Shown: piece by piece, positions 54,054-64,000 of the stretch
How the letters are laid out: every line of letters begins with the position of its first letter
How positions within the stretch are numbered: position 1 is the stretch's first letter
Origin: Eledone cirrhosa
Taxonomy: Eukaryota
Assembly (NCBI GenBank): GCA_964016885.1
Contig: OZ024743.1
Span: 217,930,001-217,994,000 of the forward strand
DNA length: 64,000 nt
Direction: 5' to 3'
The notes under the pieces: generated by a model
What the model was told of the DNA's origin: nothing
The model's input: the letters and a program-made list of their open reading frames with translations, nothing else
The model's database searches: none
Program-made: the position numbers and the translations under genes

Positions 54054-55826
54054 TAAAGTTAGTCCTTCATCAGTGATCTTCCAACCATCATTGGTATTTC
54101 ATCGCTTTAAAGACCATATACCTCCGGTTGGTGCGAGCAACGGCTAAAAAAAGTCGTTGGGACACGTAAATAAAGGGGACACGAGAGTCTAAACAAACAA
54201 AGATGGTGAAGCAACGAAAAATGAGGAAGAAGGAGTCAAGTCCCAAATTTCCATGAATATAAGTTCGGTGAAATCGTGAACGAGAGAGAATAAAGACCAT
54301 CAAACCTGGTTGGAATGTGAGCAAGGAAGGAATTCCGTACAGGTCTAACGGGAGGAAGAAGGGATCTAGTCTGTGAATTCGGTGAACGTAAGTTCTGTGA
54401 AATCGTAGACGTGAGAGAGAAAAAAAGCGACCTGCCTGACCAAGGGTGCGAAAGAAAAGAATTACGCACAGGTCAAACTGGAAGAAGGAAGAGGAAGAGA
54501 GGTAGTAACAGAGACTGAGTGAGTGAAGGGTGAGGAAGAGGCTAACAGAGAGTTTGACCTGTGCGTAATTCTTTTCTTTCGCACCCTTGGTCAGGCAGGT
54601 CGCTTTTTTTCTCTCTCGTCTACGATTTCACAGAACCTACGTTCACCGAATTCACAGACTAGATCCCTTCTTCCTCCCGTTAGACCTGTACGGAATTCCT
54701 TCCTTGCTCACATTCCGACCAGGTTTGATGGTCTTTATTCTCTCTCGTTCACGATTTCACCGAACTTATATTCATGGAAATTTGGGACTTGACTCCTTCT
54801 TCCTCACTTTTCGTTGCTTCACCATCTTTGTTTGTTTATACTCTCGTGTCCCCTTTATTTACGTGTCCCAACGACTTTTTTTAGCCGTTGCTTGTACCAA
54901 CCGGAGGTATATGGTCTTTAAAGCGATGAAATACCAATGATGGTTGGAAGATCACTGATGAAGGACTAACTTTGTTCATATGTAACCCATTAGCAAACAC
55001 GCAGCACGTTTATTCTCATATTTACACATATTTTTCCCCCGCATTGACCCGTCTATTTCATTCTTACTGCTTCTTCTTTCTCTGTATCTTTACCCTCTCT
55101 AACAGTCACTCTCTCTGTTAGCCTCTTCCTCACCTTTCACTCACTCACTCTCTGTTACTACCTCTCCTCCTCCTCCTTCTTCCCGTTTGACCTGTGCGTA
55201 ATTCTTTTCTTTCGCACCCTTGGTCAGACAGGTCGCTTTTTTTCTCTCTCTCGTCTACGATTTCACAGAACTTACGTTCGCCGAATTCACAGACTAGATC
55301 CCTTCTTCCTCCCGTTAGACCTGTACGGAATTCCTTCCTTGCTCACATTCCAACCAGGTTTGATGGTCTTTATTCTCTCTCGTTCACGATTTCACCGAAC
55401 TTATATTCATGGAAATTTGGGACTTGACTCCTTCTTCCTCATTTTTCGTTGCTTCACCATCTTTGTTTGTTTAGACTCTCGTGTCCCCTTTATTTACGTG
55501 TCCCAATGACTTTTTTTAGCCGTTGCTTGTACCAACCGGAGGTATATGGTCTTTAAAGCATGAAATACCAATGATGGTTGGAAGATCACTGATGAAGGAC
55601 TAACTTTATTCATATGTAATCTATTAGCAACCACGCAGCACGTTTATTCTCTTATATATATATATTCCCCTACACACCCTTTGAACTCTGTTCCCACACA
55701 CTTCTCACCTGAGGAAGGGCTTATGCCCGAAACGACGTTCCCCACCACCACCCCACTCTCCAGAGCGTGAAATTAATAAACATTCGTTGTACTGCCTCTC
55801 TGTTTTGTTCCTGTTCAAATTTTTCC

Positions 55827-55830
<4 letters not shown>
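54051..55830. mobile_element. Inverted-plus-tandem triplication of a 470-580-bp unit (pseudo-LTR-like array) between (TA)n tracts
   Basis: One minus copy at about 54051-54550 and plus copies at about 54552-55020 and 55100-55650. A hammerhead core follows at 55709. Confidence 0.8.
55703..55740 (+). ncRNA. Hammerhead core, stem I not intact
   Basis: CTGAGGA-A-GGGC-TTAT-GCCC-GAAAC-GAC-GT. Confidence 0.55.
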
Positions 55831-55880
<50 letters not shown>

Positions 55881-55970
55881 CATATATATATACACATACA
55901 TACATACATACATACATACATACATACATACATACATACATACATACATACATACATACATACATACATA

Positions 55971-58900
55971 AGTCAGTCAACGCGATCAGTCGCATATTTT
56001 GGCGTGGGAGACTATTTATTAAATTTAAGATGAATACTATCTCCGACAGTAATGCCACAACTACAGCCAGGTTGAATAACTGGTTATTTTTCTAACTATC
56101 CCTTCTGAAGACACCTTTTATTCGAATTCTTAGAGATATCCGACTAAATACATAATTCATTTTACAAGGATGTGCTACAAACAACATGGCTGAACACAAC
56201 ATCAACAAGAAAATTAAGGAAGTATCGAAGACAAATAACAAAGAAGGTAATCAAACTTTATTCAGTTGTAGCTTCAGAAGAAACCGAAATTATAAATCGC
56301 ATTTCTCTTGGAGTTGCGACCTTGATTATGATTTATTTAATTGTTATAAAATGGCAAAAAACAATCCCTCCATTGGCTATATGAATAAAATGAAGCTACA
56401 CTGGGACGAAATGCACCCAGAGCTGAATTATTTCACAGCGAAACAATTACGCCAACAAGCGACGTTTGTTGAACGTAAAAATAAGATAAACATTATTAAT
56501 TGTAAGTCCCCCACAACAAACATGGAATCAACAACACGTGCTACAGATCGCCATGCTACCATACTTCCTAGCAGCCAGGTCGAACAGCGCCTTGAAACAA
56601 CTATGCCTGTAAGAAATTTGACACCACGTGTACCATCTAAGTCTACCTTGAATGCTGGGGAAAACACTATCGATAATAATAATAATCGAGGAAATAATAA
56701 TAATAATCGAATAAATGTGACACCACGTGTACCATCCGAGTCTACCTCGACTGTTGTGGAAAATACTATCGATAATGATAATCAAAAGTATAAACAATTG
56801 AAAATTTCCCTCAACGAAATCTTCCAGACAGAAATTAACTCATGTATAAATATCTCTCTGGCTGAACGTGTTAAAATGACAATGGTGAATAAAAAGCCAA
56901 ATAATGAAATACTACGTGTTATTGACGAAATAGGGGATGAATATTTACGACGGATAAAAACTCAACATTTTGGCTATTCAACGCCTGTTTATATGCCTTG
57001 GCAATGACAGTGAAGCATTATCTTGGTGATAGCAGAGATATTAACAAGAACAAAACACCACCAAAAATACCATCATATATAACTAAAATAGAAAAAAAGA
57101 GTGCTGATCTACGAAAAAACATAGGACATGTGATAATGCTCCTTATATGCAAACAAACACAAAAAAAACCTCACTCCTCACCAACAAAGAGTGAAAAATA
57201 AAATAGAGACGATGTTTGGTAACAGTAAAACCAGAACTCTCCAATATAAGCTGATCACCCTCAAACAAGAATTGAGAGTTGTTACCGAAAAACGCCGATA
57301 CCTGAAGAAGGTAGATGAGAGAAAAATGCGTAATAAAAGATTCAGACGAAACCAAACATCAGTCTATAGAGATATGAAGGGCAAAATAATAAGTATCACT
57401 GAGGCCCCATCCCAGAAAGACGGATTCCTTTTGGAGAAAAATATGGGGTGAAAAGAAGAATTTCGACCAAGATGCAGTGTGGCTAAGAGAAATCCGAAAG
57501 AACTATTGCTCCTACACTACAACAAAAACATATGAAATAAGTGAGGGTACTCTTGAGACTGTGATAGGAAAACTCCAAGATAAGAAAACACCAGGAAGAG
57601 ACATGATTGTCGGCTACTGGTACAAAAAACTGGTATTCTATCGGAGGTATCTTACTTACCTCTACCAACAAGTTCTTAAGGGAGATACACTTATACCAGA
57701 ATGGTTGACATTAGCACAAACGTTACTGGTCCCCAAGAACAAAGACACCCACTTGGCAAAAAACTACCGACCCATTGCATGCCAGAACCTGATGTATAAG
57801 ATGTATACGGACTGCCTGAACCTATTCCTCCAAGATCACTGTGAAAATAATAACATTATCACAGATGAACAAGCAGCTGGAAAGAAAAGGGTTTGGGGAT
57901 GTGCTGAACAACTCCTAATCAACAAAACTGCGATGTCGGAGGTGCGACAACTTAGGACGAATATGACTACAGTCTGGCTGGACTACAAGAAAGCTTTCGA
58001 TTCTGTTCCCCACTCTTGGATGATAGAGGCCCCCAACTTGCTAAAGTCCCAGACATTATTGCCAAAGCCATAGAGAGGCTGTCTTCTTCTTGGGCTACTA
58101 TCCTAAGGTTAAAGACAGAGAGGGAAGACTCTATTTTCAGTGATAAAATAAAATATTGCAGGGGTATATTTCAGGGGGACAGTCTCTCTGTGATATTGTT
58201 CATCTTGTCATTAAACCCCTTGTCCTTTCTGCTCAAGAAATACATCATTGGCTCACAGGAGGACAGAAATACGAACCTAACCCATAATTTCTTTGTGGAC
58301 GATCTGAAACTCTATGCCAAGATGGGATGAAGAAAATCTTGACCTGGTTACAGCGTTCTCAAAGGATATAGGAATGGAGTCTGGCCAAGATAAATGCTCA
58401 TACATGACTGTAAACCCGGGAGAAACGACAACCCAATCTAGCAACATTGTCATCAATGGCGTAACTGTTTCACCGATCTCTGATGAGGACTGCTACAGAT
58501 ACCTGGGGATAGATGAGAACATATCCTATAATGGTATCTGTAATAAAGAACGCGTAACCAGGGAATACTACACCCGATTAAGAAAGATCTGGTCATCGGA
58601 ACTCTCTGCGCAAAACAAAACAGTGGCTCACAATGTGTTTGCTGTGCCTGTCCTAACACCAACGTTTGGAATACTCAATTGGACGATAGACGAAATCCGA
58701 GCTGTTGATGTTGGAATTCGAAAAATACTGAACAACACCGGAAACTTCCACATCAACAGTGACATAGACCGCTTTTACTTGAAACGTAAGCAGGGAGGCA
58801 GAGGCCTAACATCAGTCCAGACAACATTTAAATATCGCATCATATCTCTCCGACAACATCTACAAACCTCGAAGCGTAGGAGCCCGCTTCTCGAGCAAGT

Positions 58901-60082
58901 CTATCTGCATGAAACAGATAAGATCATGAGAGTTGGGAAGGAACTCCTTGAGAGATATTCCCTGTGTGATAATCAAAAACTCACACCCAGGGATGTCACT
59001 CAGCAGGTTCGCAGTGAATCCATGGATGATAAACTGCATGCCTATCAGCAAAAAATCATGCATGGATATGTTGCCAGGAAGCTCTAAAGTGAGAGTAATA
59101 TAGATAAGGAAAATAGTCTATCTTGGACCAACAACCGCTATATTGGCTCCCACTTTGAAGGATACGCTTTTGCAATCCAAGAACAGGAGATTAGCACGAA
59201 ATACCTGATTCACAAAAGAGATAGGGATGCAGGCAAAACACCTAGATGTGATAACAAGTGCAGACTCTGCAGAACTAACATCGAGGATATCACCCATGTC
59301 ATCAGCAGCTGCCCAAAGATGTCATCGCGGTACTATCTACGTATGAGGCATGATGTAGTGGCCAAAACACTGTACAAAGCAATTCGTAAAAAAGATAGCC
59401 CCGATAATAAACACATTAAAAGCTACAACAATGTGGAAGACATCCATGTACATAATATGAAAGAGTACTGGTGGAATGTTCCAGTAAAAACCCCAATAGA
59501 ATGCAGGCATAACAGACCAGATATTATGATATGGGACAGGGAGAAGAAAACATGCACAGTAGTGGAAATTAGCTGCCCAGCAGATGCCAATATAATATCA
59601 AAGATTAGTGAAAAGGAGAATATTTATGCAGAACTGATGAGAAATCTGCAGATACTCCACTCTGATTACACCTTCAGATTTATGCCTGTGATTATTGGGG
59701 CACTGGGATATGTTAGTATCTGCCTCAATACAAATCTTGAGAAGCTAGGCTTCACAGGAACAGAAAGAACACAACTAGTTAGAAAATTACAAGTACAATC
59801 CATTAATGGAACAGTAAAAATATGTAAAACATTCCAAAAATGTTGCATCTAATAACTGCATATACACATGTACAGATACAAAGCATATACACATGCACAC
59901 ATACAACTCAAAACATCCACATCCACACATACAATAACATCTATATCTACACATGCATGCATACATACATATCTACCTAGTTGATGTTGTGTAAATTCCA
60001 ATGAGAGAGTCTTGTGTCTATGTTAGAAACCGACTCTCTCTCTATTGGTAAAACTTTGTGAAATTATAAAACCAGAAGAACG
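55971..60082 (+). mobile_element. Possibly full-length RLE-type (R4-clade-like) LINE inserted in (CATA)n, decayed ORF
   Basis: RT motifs [29 protein letters not shown] and FFVDDLKLYA. CCHC CRLC..IEDITHVISSC (~59259), RHD, RPDIMIWD..VEISCP and PVIIGALG. (CATA)n lies immediately on both sides. Confidence 0.92.
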
Positions 60083-60792
60083 TACACATACATACATACA
60101 TACATACATACATACATACATACATACATACATACATACATACATACATACATACATACATACAAACCTACGCGGCCACACGTGTGGAGATATTTATTAT
60201 GCTAATCAAATGAGCTTTGATCACGTTTGACATTTGTGTGTATTTATATACATATATTTCAAAGAAAGCATAAGACTGTTAATCAAATACTTCTTAATTG
60301 CTGCAAAAATCCCAATACGTATTTCTGTGGCCTGCTTACATCATCAGATCATCACGTTAGACTTATGTCGGCATCAGGTGTCAATTGCCGTCCTGTTTTA
60401 CAACTATGAAGAACCGCTTCCGAATGCCATTCAGTCGGCAATGCTTAACATTGTGGTTTCGTAGTAGGCGCGATCCTGATGGGTGGCGGTTGCTTGGCGG
60501 CGACGGATTTCTGTTACGGTACGGTCAGATAATTATATTACTCAGAACTTTGTTTGTTATTTAAATAAATTAGAGGTACTAAATATTGTGATAGCATTCT
60601 TTGGCCGAAAATCAGCGTAGCTTGACGTGAGTCACTTAAAGGGGATAGATGTTATAACAATTTAAAGGGCCATAAAAAGGAGGAGCCAGTGGTAAATAAC
60701 TATACGTGCAAATAAATTAAGAGAAGTAAAACAATAAAAATTATAAAGAGTTGTGAAAATTATCAACAGTATAAGGTTATAAAAAATAGATA

Positions 60793-60978
60793 ATAATTGT
60801 TTCTACTTTTGGCACAAGGCCAGCAATTAAACCAGTGTATTACTGGTACTTTATTTTATTGACCCCGTAAGCATGAACTGCAAAGTTAACCTCGGCGGGA
60901 TTTGAACTCAGACCATAAAGGGCCGTAATTCTTTGCTGCAAAGCATGGCCTCAGCTCCTCTACCGATACTGCCAATCA
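60793..60978 (-). mobile_element. tRNA-derived SINE
   Basis: Head, core and tail all present on the minus strand. Confidence 0.85.
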
Positions 60979-62826
60979 TCCCCCGATTTTAACTTGATGT
61001 TTGACGATATAGAGATTATAACAAAAAGTACACTGTATAATGCCTTGACTTCAATTATTGTCCAACTTCCCAAACATTATAAAATTTGTATTGATATCGA
61101 CGAATATGATCAGATGAACAACAACCACTGGATATTTTGTATTGCAATAATCGTTTATACTTTCGAAAATACAAGAAAATTTAAAAGAGACGGAGCTAGA
61201 AAATCGATGAAAATGAAATCTAATAGATATTAGGATAACGTGGTTATTTGGGTGTAAGTAACATAGAGTGAAGAAGGATAAAATAAGAAAAGCCAGTTTA
61301 TACTGCAGTTTATACTGAATCTATCTATGCGGTTACTGACGAAGTAGGACCGCAGAGCTGTTGGTTGTTCGAATAATTTTAGCTCTTAGAATAGATTAGA
61401 TAATTCAAATTCCTAATGGTTTATAATTAACAAAATATAACTGTTTTTAAGTCCCAAATATTATCTGTGCATTTAAGTTAAATTTTGTTTTCGCGATTAT
61501 GAGGTTATTTTAATACATGAATTTATATTTGATATTTGCTGGTATTATTATACGAGTATTAAAGAGAAAAAAAGTTAGTCGTGTGAATAAACTATAATAA
61601 TATGCGGATTCGTTTTAATATCTTAGAAATGGCTATTGATGATAGTAAAGATGAAAATTAATATCCTACATCTTTCATAACAAACTGTGATTATTATCTA
61701 TTTTAGCTCCTCAGAAACGTATACTTAGTTAGCTGGAAAGAGGTGGAACTATGCTAATTCTTTTAATAACAGCGCATAATACTGCTAAATATAAACATGT
61801 AACTACGTTTTAAAGCGTAAACGAAAAATCGTATTGGCGATAGGGCATTAGACATTTATACGCTTTGTTTTGATTTTCGTGCAATACATGAGAGGCAACT
61901 TAATTTGTACATGATAGCTCTTACAAAACTATATACACCGCAAAGCTGATTGACCTCATCGTTAAAAACTGCACATTAATCTGTATAAACTAGACATTTC
62001 TATAATTTCTCTGTTCAAAATCGCTTCAGTTTGATTGTTCCACTAATTACAAACAACGTGATAAAATAATTGACAATTCGCCATAGACTTAATATGTGGT
62101 TGATGGTAAATATTTTGTAACTTACTAATAACAGTCGATGTATTAGGTGAGGTAACGTAGTATATGCATACGTGTTAATGTAGTAATAAATGTATAAGAT
62201 ATTTTGCAGTCATAGATTAATTGTATCACGTCATCTAAAATATGTTATCGGATATGAAAGTTATCTAATTTGAAATTGAATGAGTTTGAATTGAAGTAAG
62301 AATTCGTAATCACTGAGCTATTGATATCTAGGTGTTAGTCAAATAACGTATTGAGAAGAATATTTAGAGTGATAAGTGGGTAACTAAAAATGAAAGAGGG
62401 CTGGATAGTTTTTAGTGTTTTTCATAAAACGTTTGCATAAAGAATTTTTTCTAAATTCATAGACATCAAAGATGTGAGCAACTTTGAATATGCTCGGCAG
62501 CAATGGAGCAGCCTAAAGTTTTGAAGAAAGCGTTTGGTTCCTTTCTGAATCTATATCTATTATCGTGGCTTCAAGCTTTGCAACAATAAAACTATCACTT
62601 CTATAAATACCTCATAAAATAAATAATTCTTCATAGAGAACGCAGCTATATATCTATATATTTTACAAGGTCACTGACCTCTAACCGAACCAGCTAATAT
62701 TTTTCTTAATCCATATTACATCATGTAAATTAATTTCGAGTTTTTAGGGTTTGTTATAACTTCGGGCTAGTTCAGGATAGTAAATAGAATAGATTCAAAT
62801 ATAATCAAGTAACATTCCATAACATT

Positions 62827-63031
62827 CGAGGATGGGCTGGAAAGTTCATACGCAGACGATGAAGGAGTGATGCTAGTGATGGCTGTGAAATATTGCATGC
62901 ATTAATTTCAACTCTTCTTGTTAATAACTGCATTGTTTCTTTCCATGGATTATGTTGAGAAATAAATTTCATTTGGTCATTCCATGAGAGTCTCTTGGTC
63001 AGCCTATGGACTTTTCAGTTGATTCTTGTAT
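62827..63031. mobile_element. Mariner-derived MITE (~205 bp)
   Basis: CGAGGATGGGCTGGAAAGTTCATACGCAGAC and GTCAGCCTATGGACTTTTCAGTTGATTCTTGTA form imperfect TIRs. Confidence 0.6.
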
Positions 63032-63472
63032 AACTGGCACAAACTTTATGGCAGAATTAATATTCTTACAGAGGGTTATGTTCGACTTCCGTGGTGAGTA
63101 AAATTCAGTTTGAGGCCATTGAGAATAAGGTAAGAACTGCGGGAGAGCAGTGCATTCATTCTACCATCCATATTTCATTCTGTTGCAATATATTTTTTGT
63201 TATAGTATTAACATGATACTTTTTATACGTATTTGAGATAGTGTAAGATAAAAGAGAGTTCTATGTGTGTTTGTTAACTTCGTATAGATTTTAGGCTTAT
63301 CAGATTTAACAAAAATATCGTAGCTAGACTTCAACAGAATAAACCGCAGAAAATGTTTAGTCGATCATATCGAAATAGTACTTATTTCCGTCTGGTGATT
63401 TTAGCAATATCTATATAATCGTATTTGATATTAAGAGACACAATCCTACACACTAATATATATTAGTTAAAA

Positions 63473-63692
63473 GGGCGGTGGATTGGCAGTATCGGTAGAA
63501 TGTCGGACCTCATGCTTTGCAGCATGGAGTTACGGTTCTTTACGGTCTAAGTTCAAATCCTGCCGAGGTTAGTTTTCCCTTTCATCCTTATGAGGTCGAT
63601 AAAATAAAGTACCAGTAATACACAGGGGGCGATTAAATCGATCCCTTCCCCCCTCCCCTCAAACAATTGCTGAACTTGTGCCTATAGTAGAA
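63473..63692 (+). mobile_element. tRNA-derived SINE, full length, long-tail variant
   Basis: GGCGGTGGATTGGCAGTATCGGTAGA...GTTCAAATCC, the core, and an extra CGATTAAATCG palindrome before the tail. Confidence 0.88.
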
Positions 63693-64000
63693 CGACAAAC
63701 TCCTGCATATATATTTCTAAATGTTTACGACGGGATTCAGTGTAGTTTCTCTCTATCAGTATCTAGTCGCATGACATGGGTTCTGGTCAACAGAAAACAA
63801 CACTTGGATGCAAAACATTAAATACTTAATCTATGTAGTGAAGGATGATCTTTCGTTTGACACTGATGATGATCGCTTTTGTTTGTCCTTTTCTGCGATA
63901 TGTCTGTGTTTTGTGTGTTGTGTGCGTGCGTATATATATGTGTGTGTGTGTACGTGTGCGTATGTGCGTGTTAGACAAAGATATTGAAAATTCTAAATTT

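Noticed and set aside
54088-55427. Repeated short ORFs in the triplicated unit
   Set aside because: No recognisable domain, and the frames differ between copies.
63473-63570. tRNA gene suggested by A and B boxes
   Set aside because: No cloverleaf is evident. It continues into the SINE core and tail and is multi-copy.

Overview
AT-rich, microsatellite-saturated eukaryotic (animal) non-coding DNA. The SINE and LINE repertoire and the (TA)n/(CA)n/(CATA)n density resemble an octopod cephalopod genome, which is an inference. No intact host gene is visible, and nearly all ORFs in the track are microsatellite artefacts. The real coding remnants are all transposon-derived: two decayed RLE-type (R4/Dong-like) non-LTR retrotransposons, one ending in (AAT)n and one embedded in (CATA)n; a near full-length Tx1/L1-clade LINE and a second 3' fragment; a Penelope-like GIY-YIG endonuclease fragment; and a mariner transposase relic. 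About 15 copies or fragments of a tRNA-derived SINE and several Tc1/mariner MITEs are also present. The most striking unannotated signal is a dense set of short non-coding elements, mostly next to (TA)n, many forming long fold-back inverted repeats. They carry type I hammerhead ribozyme motifs of the Penelope pseudo-LTR/retrozyme type: about 10 complete motifs plus several degenerate or half motifs, from at least 6 sequence families. Several have unusually long stem II, and one family repeatedly folds back inside the ribozyme's stem II.
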